Program-made: the position numbers and the translations under genes
Shown: piece after piece, positions 1 to 13,742 of the stretch
Position numbering within the stretch: position 1 is the first letter of the stretch
Layout of the letters: every line of letters begins with the position of its first letter
Notes under the pieces: generated by a model
What the model was told of the DNA's origin: nothing
The model's input: the letters and a program-made list of their open reading frames with translations, nothing else
The model's database searches: none
NCBI RefSeq assembly: GCF_032062105.1
Contig: NW_026926689.1
Span: 62,001-126,000, forward strand
Length of the DNA stretch: 64,000 nucleotides
Source of the DNA: Saccostrea cucullata
Lineage: Eukaryota
Reading direction: 5' to 3'

Positions 1-544
1 ATATTGTATTTTTAAATAATTTCTCAGCAGTATTCTTAAATAAGCGCATCTTTTCCTAGTGAAAGTTGCTAATATAAGAATTAAGTACACATGAAGTATT
101 TGATAAGCTAAAATAAATCTTTGACTAATTTAGATATGCAACACTTGAACAAATTATACTGTATTAAGTAAACCAGCTTTTTTTTGCATGCGAGAAATAT
201 ATCCGCAAGTTTTGTGACATACTTTAATTTGTAAATATTCATCACTATGAATCATTTATTTTGCTTTATATAAGTAGAAAATGTTTCTTCTATTGTGAAA
301 ATTAATTTTAGTGGATTGATTTGCGTTTAGCTCTGTTCAAAGCTAAGTTTCAAAGAAACTATCCAAGATATTTTCATCAAACGTCATATACTGATAGATA
401 CTGATGAGAGCTATGCAACTGCATCAACATTTTTTTACCTTGACCTTTCCTTTGACCTTGACCTCACTTTTCTTAAATTAGTGTTTAGCTCAGTTTTAAA
501 CATACCATTCAAGATGGTGTTATCAAACTTCACATGTGGATACA

Positions 545-1780
545 AACTTGCACGGATGATGCATCTAAGGATGAACACTACCAGACTGGCTTCGGATGCT
601 GGATCTGACCTACATTTTCCAGATGAGTGACCAGGTTAAAGTTTTTGGAGCAGGTCCATTCCTAAGGATGTTTATAAGCCCAACTTGGACCAAACGTGCA
701 TGGATGATGCATCTAAGGATGGACACTACCAGACTTGCTTCGGATGCTGGATCTGACCTACATTTTCCAGATGAGTGACCAGGTTAAAGTTTTTGGAGCA
801 GGTCCATTCCTAAGGAACTATAAGCCCAACTTGGACCAAACGTGCATGGATGATGCATCTAAGGATGGACACTACCAGACTTGCTTCGGATGCTGGATCT
901 GACCTACATTTTCATTCCCAAGTAACTATAAGCCCTACCTGAACCAAAATTGCATGGATGATGCATCTAGGGATGGACACTACCAGACTTGCTTCGGATG
1001 CTGGATCTGACCTATATTTTCATTCCCAAGTAACTATTAGGCCTACCTGAACCAAACTTGCATGGATGATGCATCTTGGGATGGACACTACCAGACTTGC
1101 TTCGGATGCTGGATCTGACCTATATTTTCATTCCCAAGTAACTATAAGCCCTACCTGAACCAAACTTGCATGGATGATGTAGCTAGGGATGAACACTACC
1201 AGACTTGCTTCGGATGCTGGATCTGACCTATATTTTCATTCCCAAGTAACTATAAGCCCTTCCTGAACCAAACTTTCATGGATGATGCATCTAGGGATGG
1301 ACACTACCAGACTTGCATCGGATGCTGGATCTGACCTATATTTTCATTCCCAAGTAACTATAAGTCCTACCTGAACCAAACTTGCATGGATGATGCATCT
1401 AGGGATGGACACTACCAGACTTGCTTCGGATGCTGGATCTGACCTATATTTTCATTCCCAAGTAACTATAAGCCCTACCTGAACCAATCTTGTATGGATG
1501 ATGCATCTTGGGATGGACACTACCAGACTTGCATCGGATGCTGGATCTGACCTATATTTTTCATTCCCAAGTAACTATAAGCCCTGCCTGAACCAAACTT
1601 TCATGGATGATGCATCTAGGGATGCACACTACCAGACTTGCTTCGGATGCTGGATCTGACCTATATTTTCATTCCCAAGTAACTATAAGCCCTACCTGAA
1701 CCAAACTTTCATGGATGATGCAGCTAGGGATGGACACTACCAGACTTTAATTGCTTGGGTTGCTGGATCTGACCTACATT
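545..1780 (+). repeat. Tandem array: two ~147-bp units followed by ~8 units of 108 bp (internal satellite of a Helentron-like element)
   Basis: ATGCATCTAGGGATGGACACTACCAGACTTGCTTCGGATGCTGGATCTGACC recurs at ~559, 708, 853, then every 108 nt (961, 1069, 1177, 1285, 1393, 1501, 1610, 1718). Confidence 0.9.
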
Positions 1781-3710
1781 TTTAGCTCACCTCAACGAAG
1801 CTGGGGGAGCTTATGTAATACCCTCGGCGTCGGTGTCGGCGTCGGCGTCCAGGGTTAAGGTTAAGTTTTTTGGAGCAGTTTTCTTTTTAAGTACTTCTGT
1901 GTCCTATATTGAATAGACATGCATGGAAGATGTTTCTAATGTGTTTCATTGTACCAGTCAAAGTTTCAGAAGCTGCAATTTCAGCAAAGGAATGACCAGG
2001 TTAATGTTTATGGAGCAGGTTAACATTTTTGGTGCAGTTTTGGGTGTAGGTCTCATTTTTGAGTAACTATAAGCCCTATGTTGACCAAACTTGCACAGAT
2101 GATACATCTAAGGATATACACTACCAAGGTTGCATTCTACCAGGCTTGCTTCGGATGCTGAATCTGACTTACATTTTTTTGGATGAGTGAAGAGGTTAAA
2201 TTTTCATGCAAGTTTCATTTCTTAGTAACTATTAGCCCTATGTTGTTCAAACTTGCATGGATGAGACATCTTAGGATGCACACTAATGGATTTGCTCTAG
2301 ATGCTGAATTCAACATACATCTTCCCAGATAATGTACCAGGTAAAAGTTGTGGGTGCAGTTCTATTACCAAGAAACTATAAGGCTTATATAAACCAAACT
2401 TGCCCAAATGATGCATCAAGGGATGATAACTCTCAAACTTGCTACAGATGCTGGATTTTAATAACATTTTTGTGACAAAGAACTAGTTTGAAGTTTTTAT
2501 ATAGGTCTATTCCAAAGTATCAGATCAAAATTGCATTAATTTTGAATGTACACTTTTTGTTGGGTTATTGTGTGACTTTGCCTTACTTAAAGACAACATT
2601 CGTTGAGGTGAGCTCTGTAATCTCTGATTACCTATGTTTATTGCTTCGGATGCTGAATCTGACCTACATTTTCCGGTTGAGTGAACAGGTTAATGTTTTT
2701 GGTGCAGGTTTCATTTCCAAGATACTATGAGCCCTATAATGACCAAACTTGCATGGATGGTACATCTTAGGATGCATACTACTAGATGTGCTTCGGATGC
2801 TGAATGAGACTTACATTTTCCGGTTGAGTGAACAAGTCAGTGTTTTTGGTGCAGGTTTCATCTCCAAGTAACTATAAGCCCTATGTTGACCAAACTTGCA
2901 TGGATGATACATCTAAGGATGCGTATTACCAGGCCTGCTTTGGATGCTGAATGTGACCTACATTTTCCAGTTGAGTGATTAGGTTAAAGTTTTTGGTGCA
3001 GGTTTCATTATCCAGAGATACTATGAGCCCTATAATGACCAAACTTGCATGGACGATACATCTAAGGTTGCATTCTACCAGGCTTGCTTCGGATGCTGAA
3101 TCTGACTTACATTTTTTTGGATGAGTGATAAGAGGTTAAATTTTTATGCAAGTTTCATTTCTTAGTAACTATTAGCCCTATGTTGTTCAAACTTGCATGG
3201 ATGATACATCTTAGGATGCACACTAATGGATTTGCTCTAGATGCTGAATTCAACATACATCTTTCAGATAATGTACCAGGTAAAAGTTGTGGGTGCAGTT
3301 CTATTACCAAGAAACTATAAGGCTTATATAAACCAAACTTGCCCAAATGATGCATCAAGGGATGATAACTCTCAAACTTGCTACAGATGCTGGATTTTAA
3401 TAACATTTTTGTGACAAAGAACTAGTTTGAAGTTTTTATATAGGTCTATTCCAAAGTATCAGATCAAAATTGCATAAATTTTGAATGTACACTTTTTGTT
3501 GGGTTTTGGTTTCAGGGATTGTGTGACTTTGCCTTACTTAAAGACAACATTCGTTGAGGTGAGCTCTGTAATCTCTGATTACCTATGTTTATTCCCTAGT
3601 AACTATAAGCCCTACCTGAACCAAACTGATCAAATTTTATACAATTTTCATGTTGTTTTACTAATATATCCTTGGCGGGGCATTCATGTCCTATGGACAT
3701 ATTTCTAGTT
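1778..3710 (+). mobile_element. Non-autonomous Helentron/HINE-like element (possibly nested) with diverged ~145-bp internal repeats
   Basis: Starts TTTTTAGCTCACC..GAGC followed by a (CGGCGT)n microsatellite. Ends with hairpin ATGTCCTATGGACAT and CTAGT at ~3687-3709. Segment ~2130-2640 is duplicated at ~3070-3590. No ORF. Confidence 0.6.
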
Positions 3711-4097
3711 TAAAATATTTTTTTTTATGTCATATTTTAACTTCAAAATATCTTATGAAAAAAAAATTAATTCAGAGAACCACTAAAAGATTGTCTAACT
3801 TTCAAGTTTAGATAATCCATCGAAATTATGCTATATATGATTCATTTTTCCACCAAGAAATTAGAGAATATACAAGAACAAATTTTGTAGGTAACATTCC
3901 CTCTCAGAAGGTCATTCAAAAAATCTTAAATTTTCTGGAATGTACAAGTTACTGATGTTTCATTTACACTTTATTCAAATTATTGTGGACTACCAATATG
4001 ATTCTAGAATAGATGACTGTTAACTGAACAGGGGGCCCTTATTTCTGAACATTTGAAAATGACTTGGGGGAGGCTTATAGAGGCAAGGGCAGTTAAT

Positions 4098-4312
4098 TAA
4101 GGAATCACTGTCTAGTTCTTATAGTATGCCAGGGCATCAACGATAGTGGGAAACATGGGATAATTTGCATAATGGGCAAAGCCCATTATGCATAAATTAT
4201 CCCATGGGATAATTTGCATAATGGGCAAAGCCAATTGTGCATAAATTATCCCATGTTTCCCACTATTGTTGATGTCCCTGGCATACTATACAAACTAGAC
4301 AGTGATTCCTTA
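4098..4312. mobile_element. 215-bp fold-back element (near-perfect palindrome) with a duplicated central hairpin
   Basis: TAAGGAATCACTGTCTAGT...ACTAGACAGTGATTCCTTA. A related left arm recurs at ~48357-48440. Confidence 0.7.
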
Positions 4313-6074
4313 TATTTCCGTTTCACTGTGAAATAAAATTGTAGATTTATATTCTAAAAATGTAGACATAGATTTAAATCACATGAAGACTCCCTTGCCA
4401 ATTTCCATAGCCCTCTTCCACTGATGCCAAAACACAAAAGCAGCCGCACGAGATTTTGATGCATATTTGGCATCCTTAGCGTCAGACACAGAGACAGATG
4501 CGCACGAGATTTGCATGCATGTTAGGCCTCCCTCGCTCCTGACCTTTCGACTTGCCTAATTTACATTCCGGCAGGTTTATCAAGAAATTAACTCCGCTAA
4601 GTTTCAAAGAGTTATCACAGAGACAAAAATAAGAAATGGAAATATTTCCATTTAATGTGTTGAATGAGGGCTTCTAACTTTCAACCTAGCTGGGTTCTCT
4701 TTAGCATCTTACTTAGTAACATTTTACAAAAAAATCCAATTTGTAATAGAATCCACTTGCCCTTTCGTAGATATGTGATATATGATCTATATGTACTTCT
4801 AAGAAAGGAGCTTAATTTGTTCACTTTAGTTGTGCCTTCTGTTGAATTGATTTTGTTCTTGGAGTGGATTTTGAAATTCCTTCTCCAACCTTTGCTGGAG
4901 TATAGAGGATGTAAAAATCAATAGGTGTGAAATTGACACTAGATATGTCTTGATCTGAAGCACCATAAATCTGTTAAGTAATTGTCTTAGATACTAAGAA
5001 TAGGCCTTTGGTTGATTTACGCCAAGTTTTAATACACAAAAAAATGTGCGTAATTCTACAGAGAAATTGTCTGGGGATTGAAATTTACCAATCTCAGGCG
5101 TATCATAGAATTTACATCAATTGTACTTGGCAGTATGGCTAGATTTTCTTGTATAAATTAATTCTCAATCTTGACTGGATCTATATATGGTTTTAAATAA
5201 AATGTTAATACAAAAAATATAGATGCCTGTCAATCCAAAGCATTCATTTTATTAAACAATTTATGGGTAAAAGGCATTAGAAAACTATGGGGGTTATAAA
5301 CTGGTCACAAAATCTTTTGCTTCTCATGTTTATATAGATATACTTAGTTTTAGCCAATATTTGATCCAATGTAAATTATGATTTTTCGAAATACTTAGAG
5401 CAAGTCTTTGGTTTCAGGGCATTATAAGGCAATTTATGTAGAATGCAAAGGCTTCAATTACAATTAAGATAACCGTTTACCTTCATGAAATCCCATTAGA
5501 TTATGTTTAATTGCTGGACATTAAATCATATTGGTTTGTTCTAGTCAGTCTGTTAGGTAGAGGGTTATCCCATGTAGCTGACGTGGGTAGATTTTATGAC
5601 ATGGATATGAATTATAAAGTCAGGAGAGGGAACTATAAAACTGACATATTAGGTTATCAACAAATTATAGTCAGACCTGAGTAACAAGAGGCTATAAAAT
5701 TGTACTTAGACAAATAAATGTGCATAGCAAAAGAATTATAGCCAAAAAAGTCTGATAAATTGTGCAATGTTAAGAAGTGTAAACTTGGAATAAAATTGAC
5801 TTTAGAGTGTTCATGTATCAGCTTGCTTTAAACCTTAAAGAACATTTTTCATATATGAGGTTTAAAGTAACCAATGATTTCACAAACATTGTCAGTCCAA
5901 CTAGAAATACATTAGTCTGTCCCCATCAAAATTGTATGCTCAGATCATGGTTATATTACCTATAGAGGTCATGCTAAGTGACAACCATCCTTAAACCATT
6001 ATTAAATCATTATAAACCGTTAACTAATCTTTGTAGGATATAAATTTATGTTAATTATGCCCTTCTCATTCCAG

Positions 6075-8223
6075 GAGCCACAATGTCCACCCCCTCTGTA
6101 GGAAATGGCCCTGATGAGGTGAAACCCAATCCAGGCTCAGGTAAGATATACATAAAGGCACTGAAAGTTTTGGTCTCTTCCTAGTTCTAAGCAGACTGGT
6201 CATCACAGTTTGGTGTGGATATTCTCTTCTTCTAACTTAAATCATTTCAATCATGCACCTATCAAATACAGATAAAAATAGATCTGATGTAATAATATTG
6301 GCATGTGATGTTTTAATCAATCAGTAGTTTAGGAAAGTTTAGGAGACAAGATAATATTCCAGTCAAGTCGAAGGCTTTGCCCAGTTACCTCACCCTGTAG
6401 TACATGTATAAAGAGCCATGATAAAACATGCTGAATCTGTAAAGGGTTGCTAAAATAAAGTTTCTATTGTAGGTGTGATTGTGGACCAGCCTGACAATAT
6501 TGAGTATGAACAGTCCCTCCAGATTGTCCTGGGGACAGTGTGTGGGGTGGTGGGACTTCTAGGACTAATCATCATCATCTCTCTATTGTACAAACTGTAT
6601 AAACGCCGCAACTCACCACGGCGCTCACCAGGTAAATACATCATCTCCCTTCTGTACAAACTGTATAAACGCCACAACTCACCACGGCGCTCACCAGGTA
6701 AATACATCATCTCACTTCTGTACAAACTGTATAAACGCCACAACTCACCACGGTGCTCACCAGGTAAATACATCATCTCCCTTCTGTACAAACTGTATAA
6801 ACGCCGCAACTCACCACGGCGCTCACCAGGTAAATACATCATCATCTCCCTACTGTACAAACTATATAAACGCAGCAACTCACCACGACGCTCACCAGGT
6901 AAATACATCATCTCCCTTCTGTACAAACTGTATAAACGCCACAACTCACCATGATGCTCACCAGGTAAATACATCATCATCTCTCTCCTGTACAAACTGT
7001 ATAAACGCCGCAACTCTCCATGATGCTCACCAGGTAAATACATCATCATCTCCCTACTGTACAAACTGTATAAACGCCGCAACTCTCCACCACGCTCACC
7101 AGGTAAATACATCATCATCTCCCTACTGTACAAACTGTATAAACGCTGCAACTCACCACGACGCTCACCAGGTAAATACATCATCTCCCTACTGTATAAA
7201 CCGTATAAAAGCCGCAACTCACCGCGGCGCTCACCAGGTAAATACATCATCATCTCTCTACTGTACAAACCGTATAAATGCCGCAACTCACCGCGGCGCT
7301 CACCAGGTAAATACATCATCATCTCTCTACTGTACAAACTATATAAACGCCGCAGCTCACCACAGCACTCACCAGGTAAATACATCATCATCTCCCTACT
7401 GTACAAACTGTATAAACACCACAACTCTCCACCACGCTCTCCAGATAAATACAACATCATCTCCTTACTGTACAAACTGTATAAACGCCGCAACTCTCCA
7501 CCACGCTCACCAGGTAATACATCATCATCTCCCTACTGTACAAACTGTATAAACGCCGCAACTCTCCACCACGCTCACCAGGTAATACATCATCATCTCC
7601 CTACTGTACAAACTGTATAAATGCTGCAGCTCACCACAGCACACACCAGGTAAATACATCATCTCCTTACTGTACAAACTGTATAAACGCCGCAACTCAC
7701 TACGGCAGTCACCAGGTAAATACATCATCTCCCTACTGTACAAACTGTATAAACGCCGCAACTCACCACGACGCTCACCAGGTAAATACATCATCATCTC
7801 CCTACTGTACAAACTGTATAAACGCCGCAACTCTCCACCACGCTCACCAGGTAAATACATCATCATCTCCCTACTGTACAAACTGTATAAACGCCGCAAC
7901 TCTCCACCACGCTCACCAGGTAATACATCATCATCTCCTTACTGTACAAACTGTATAAATCCCACAACTCGCCATGGCGCTCACCAGGTAAATATACCAT
8001 CTCCCTCTTGCACAAATTGGAACACTAACTTCATACATCAGTGAAAAGCTTTTGTCAAAATTGTTTTTATATTTTGTAAATTATTCCACTTATATTCACT
8101 GTACTATACTATTTTGTAGATCACCCTGAAGAGGAATTGAGTAGCTCTATTTCTATAGGTCAGTATTATTAAGTAGCTCTATTTCTTTAGGTCAAGAAAC
8201 AAGAGAGATATTGATTAATTTTG

Positions 8224-8261
<38 letters not shown>

Positions 8262-11200
8262 GTCCTTTGTCCATCTGTCCTTTGTCTGTATATTCACATT
8301 TTCATTTTCTTCTCCAGAATTGCTGGGCCAATTTCAAACAAACTTGCCATAAAGCATCCTTGTTAAAGAGGATTCAAGTTTGTTCAAATGAGGGACCTGA
8401 CCCTTTTTCAAAGGAAGATAATTAAGAATTAGTGAAAATTTGGTTGTGTCTTTAAAACAAAAATCTAAATAACAACTGGGCCAAGAAAGTTGAAACTTAT
8501 ATGAAACTTTATTTACATAGTGTAGATTCAAGTTGTTCATTTCATGAGCAAAAAAAATTTTTTAAAAATATTCCTCTCAAGAGGACCACAATGGGCCACA
8601 ATGGGGGATAAAAGTTTTTACATAGGAATATATGGGAGAAAATCTACAAGAATCCTCTCACTAGAACAGAAAAAAGCCATGTTAAGTCTTATTGAAAATA
8701 AAATATTCTCACTTACTGTAATTTTAAATTTGGTCAAATCATGACCCCCTGGGGTAGGATGGGCCACAATGCACTATCAGAATTAAATATATGGATTTAT
8801 TGGGACAAAAGTAAATCTTTTTCATATATTTTTATGTAAGAACAATAAAGCTATCTTTAGTCTCATCGATATTGAAATCAAAGTATATAGAAGAAAATCT
8901 GCTGATGAAGAACAGCAGGGCCATTTTAACTAAGGTGAGTATTGTGGCCCATGGGCCTCATTTTGTGTCTTCATAAAAAGTATATAAATTTTCTAAGACA
9001 CTGACACTTGGACATTGACTTCTCAGATCTTACATAAGCAGTCCCTTCTGTGATTTGTTCCATCAAGTCCTCAGCTCTCTGTCAATTAGCTAATAGAGGT
9101 TTTCCTTTCTCCTTGAAATGCTGTGATGCAAATAATGGTAGAGGTTCATATGGTACTCAGAAAACTTCTTAGGAATGACATTGAACTGTGTTTTAATTAG
9201 CCTAGGATGACTCTGCAGGGGAGAGTCCAAAGACAGCAATGTACTGTCACTGAACTGCGTATTGATTGGGAAGTCTGCTGTGAAATCATAAGGAATACTG
9301 TTCTATGTTTAATACAGACTTTTAAAAGGTGACAATGTGCGTCTTACATTTACGTCACACACAGAACATTTTAACAGTGTCTCAGAATTTACCTTTCTTG
9401 CAAGAATACAAGTTTTAGCAAAATTGAGTAAATTTCAGAAATTTTACTACATTTAGTAAAATATTGTTCTGATGATCAAAATGTTTAGCTTTATGCAAAA
9501 CATGAAAGGTCCAAGCTAACATTAGTAATGCTCTACATAACATTTACATACTTGTTAATTTCAGCAGTTGTCCAAATTTTTTGTCAAGATTATAATTAAA
9601 AAGAATACGAAACTGTGAAAACAGAATGTAAAATTTTACGTTGGAAAGACCGGGTTGTAGAAATCTGGTACTACAGAATTCACCTGTTTTATTCTACTGA
9701 GAAGGACTTGTGACAGTTCTATATTAACAATATAGGGAGTGAATTTGTGACAAGAATTAATCTCTGTCAGTAAAAATAAAAAATATTTTTTGGAGCAGTT
9801 ATTTGTATAACAGTTAGATGGTTATTGGAAAACACTGGAGGGACAATAAATGGTTGTATGTAGAGATTGTCCTTAAACTTGTAGATCTAAGAGTTCTTGA
9901 AAAACTTCTACCTTTCAATTTATATCTTTTTACTTTTTAGCTTGAATACTGTTCATTATCTCTACATATTTCATGCTGATGTTATATTTACAGACCTGGA
10001 CCAGAAGCAGATTCCCACGATACTGCTGCTGTATGCCTATGACTGTGTGGCCCACGAGAAGGTTGTGTCGGCCCTGGCAGGCTTCCTCATTGACACCTGT
10101 AATTGTAACGTACACCTGGACATATTCGAGGACCAGATTATCCACGAGCGGGGACTAGATGATTGGCTGGTAGATAGGCTCCAGGAAGCCGATTTCATCA
10201 TAGTGTTATGTTCTGTGGGAGCTAGACTGAGGTGCACAAAGAAACGTGTCCGGTTTAAGTGTGATCCGTACCGCACCATACCCGATTATTTTGCAGTGGC
10301 TGTTGACTATGTGGCAGAGAAAATGAGAGTGGAGAGAATGAAAGGTCTGCCCATGTCCCGCTTCATTGTAGCCTACATGGATTATTCTTACAGTAGTGAC
10401 ATACCCCATCAGATTGAAATGGGGACAAAGTTTCACTTGATGAATGATATCACCAAACTTTTCTGTCATGTTCATGGTATGAATAGCACAGACAATAGCA
10501 AGTTTGGAACCTTGCACCCATCCATGATTGATGAGTATTATGAAAGCTCAGAAAATGGGCTTGAGCTTCAGGTTGCTATTGAATCTGCCAAAGAGTTCTT
10601 TAAGTGCAATCCTAATTGGGTGGAGGACAGTATGGAAGTTCTACCTCCACCCAGTACCAAGTCAAAATCGCGTCCGGTGAGGAAGAGGTCCCTGGAGCCC
10701 TTATTGGGGGAGCCTCCAGCTGACCCCCGAGTGGTGGATACTAAAGTCGACGTTCACAGACAAAACTTCTCCTCCCCTCAGCCGAGTGAACAAGATCAAA
10801 TTTTCTCTTCACCTAAAACATTGTCCAGGCAATCAGATTCATTCAAAATGAAGAATCGCTATTCTGCAGACATTGAGACAATTCCCTGTATCTTATGTGG
10901 GCAGGTGGGCCATTACAGTGATAACTGCACCTGTAAAGGGAGGGAACAGAGAAAAAATGCACATGATAACTTAAATGACGAGGAGGACGGTGAATTTTTT
11001 TCTGCTCGAGTCAAGAGTCGATCAATGCCCACAATGTGTAGTACAAGTCTTCATAGCTCCCAAACAGTATTTCAGGTGGATGTCCACAAGGAATGGACAA
11101 TGAATGAGGGTCAGATGTCAGATGAAGGCGAATCTCAGGAATATGAGTCCAGTCGTGACCTTGATGACCTTGAGCGCGACCTTCAGTCCATTATTTCACC

Positions 11201-11351
11201 TATGTCAACACAAGCTAAGACCATGTCCTTGCCAATTAATGGAATGTATGGACAACAAATGCAAGTGCTTCCTGAAGTGTCCAAATTTCCAGTCACTCAG
11301 CAAAGCAGTTCCTCTTCAAGCATGGGGTCTCTCCAGGAGCTGTGTTTATGA
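6075..11351 (+). CDS. Interleukin-17 receptor-like (SEFIR domain) single-pass receptor, 3' exons only
   Basis: Exons 6075-6140, 6473-6631 (TM helix IVLGTVCGVVGLLGLIIIISLLY then KLYKRR), probable 39-nt exon 8120-8158, and 9994-11351. All are joined in frame by phase-1 GT-AG introns. The last exon has SEFIR motifs ILLLYAYD..HEKVVSALAGFL..C.VHLD and WLVDRLQEADFIIVLCS. Ectodomain exons were not found in the window. Confidence 0.88.
6568..8018 (+). repeat. 66/69-bp minisatellite, ~21 copies, made of the IL17R exon 3' end plus splice donor
   Basis: Unit CATCATC(ATC)TCCCTACTGTACAAACTGTATAAACGCCGCAACTCACCACGGCGCTCACCAG|GTAAATA. The first copy is the true exon end. Confidence 0.97.
8221..8959 (+). 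mobile_element. Degenerate Helentron/HINE-like element, same family as 18167-19455
   Basis: 5' GCTCACCTGAGCTGAAAGCTCAAGTGAGCTTTTCTGAT, (GTCY)n-like tract, 3' AGGTGAG..TGTGGCCCATGGGCCTC hairpin. Confidence 0.75.
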
Positions 11352-13742
11352 GCCAACAGGAAGATATTCTGGCAGGAACCAATTAAAGCCTTAGAATAGT
11401 TATGACGTCTGATTCAACATCAAGGGCTATTGCACCATATAAAGAATATGGCATGCATAGTGCTATATTTTTCATGATAAGGATGATTCTATTTATGTTA
11501 CTTAAGATATAATGATGAGAGACATTTTTGATGTACACTGTAGAATTGTTGTATGACCTCACACTCTCTTCAGATTTGCCCTCATCCATTAATTTGCCCC
11601 CCTTCCCGTCTACTGATTATCCCATTATTCAATTATTTGCCTAAAATATGATGCACATATTTTATTCTAATTTATAACTATGTAATTTTCTAATATTTCA
11701 ATTGCATACATAATTACTACTTAATGAACATTGCACAAGTTCATTGCTTGTTTAAGTTAAGTTGTACATGTAGAGCCAGTCTTTGGCAATGGAGTAGAGT
11801 GGTTTGAAATTTATATCAAATAATACTCCAAATTTGCAAGCAGGAAAGACATTTGTTAGAGTGGCTGATATGTCTGCAGTGTACATCATGCAATAAGTTA
11901 TTATTTATGAGTTAAGAAGCAAATTTATCAAAGAAACAGTGCTTGTATGTGTTGGGTTTTTTTTTAACAGTAAGCTTTTTTTATATAAAAATAAAGGAAT
12001 TCTGAATGTGTAAGATTTAGATAATTTGCTTTTGAAGACTATAAATGGAAGCTTGTGCAATATACTGTTTTCTCTATTGGTACATGTACAATGTATTTGT
12101 GTTCATATACATTTTTGTATGATTATTTTTAAAAAGGCTGTGAACAAGAGTTGATCCTCTTCAGTTATGATCTTGATGTTCTTTTCCATTGGTTGTTCAT
12201 TCCTTGACACTTCATTTTTTGCTTTGGTATTAAATTTACCATTTAGAGTAAAGGAAATGGTATTCTGTCTATTAATAAAGCTTTTTGAAGGTGCTTGTCA
12301 AATAATGACTGTCATAAAATCTGTTCATAGCTCTCGATTGTCATAAAATCATCATGTGGTCTATTTTATCCCCTTTGAAAAACTTAATTTATCTTAATGA
12401 ATGTCTCATGTGATTAACCTATAGATATGTTCCCATATGTAAGGTGCTAACCTAATGCCTACTTCCTGTATTGATCTCGGATAGGCTGGAGGGGGGTGTT
12501 CCCCTGTGCTAGTCAGATAGGCAGATAGCACTCAAGTCCTGATTCTGTGTCTGTATATTCGTCTGTATTTCAGGTACTAGGACTTACCTAATTTAATACA
12601 AAATTTAGAAATTTAACATGCATTGTGTATTTTCAAATAAATTGAGGAAATCTAAAATATTATATCCAAAGAAAAAAAAAATGAGAAAATCAAACTTGAT
12701 CAAGTGTGTGATGTATGTCCTCTGTAAATCCAAGAATCAGATTTGTAGTGAATGAAATACCCTATCAGATGTACATGTATTACAGATGTGTGTTTAGATA
12801 GTTAACTAAATGCTACTTGATAAGAATGCAATCAGTGTCAACATATCATAAATCTCTTACTCATTGCACTTTCCTTATTTGTCATTTATTTATTGCATTA
12901 CATCAACAGTTGTTTCCTCTCTATATACATTAGGTTAATGATATTATTGTATTAATTATGAGTGTGTGTTTGATTCAGTGTGGAAATTATTGATCTTCGT
13001 CATGTACAATGCAAACAAATAAGTATTTAATAAATGACAAAAATGAGGAATGTTTTTAGTTGTATTCTTCAATATACTTGTGTTTTTATGCACCAAATGT
13101 TGTGTGACTTTGTCATTATAGGGAAAAAACAGAAAAAATTCACAGACAATTCAGTTTGTGTGTAAGTCATTGGCTATCAATAAGTAGGAAAAATTTAGTC
13201 AGCATTCGACTTATTGACAGGTTCATTGTATCATCCATAGAACTTGCAAATTACAATTTTAAACAAGACTTTATAATCATTTCAACAACTTGTTTGTCAA
13301 TGGCTTGAATCATCTTAAAATCTGTATAGTGGCAGCATGCTTTAATCAACTGGGAGACAAAAACCTCCTATACAGGTGACAGGGTCATGATATTGCTGCA
13401 TGAGTAAGGGAAGCTGACGATGGAATAAAATTAAGTCATCATGTGTATCATCAACTTTAGTTTAAATTTGTTTTGTTAGGTTACCATTAATGTCTTTTTC
13501 TAGTAATAATATAAGTATGAAACAGATGTGTACACTAGATTATCTTTTATTTCAAGCTATAAGTGGCATATATTAAGTCAACATTTAAAACTATAATTAA
13601 CTGAGATTACATTGTTGATATATCTAAATCTTGAGTTGAAGGCCACAGCAAATTTTAATTCTTATCCTGCATAAGGTTTTGAATATATTCTGCTAATTAT
13701 GATAGAATAAATAATACCGTTAATGCATTTGAATATGTGACA

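Noticed and set aside
6109-6130. Hammerhead-like CTGATGAG..GAAAC
   Set aside because: Only 2 nt separate the boxes, so there is no stem II, and the sequence is coding exon.
6450-7899. 347-aa and 124-aa repetitive minus-strand ORFs
   Set aside because: Antisense readings of the 66/69-bp minisatellite, open only because the unit is a multiple of 3.
9897-9993. Hydrophobic N-terminus of the 484-aa ORF as a signal peptide
   Set aside because: It is intronic pyrimidine-rich sequence. The exon starts at 9994 after TTTACAG.
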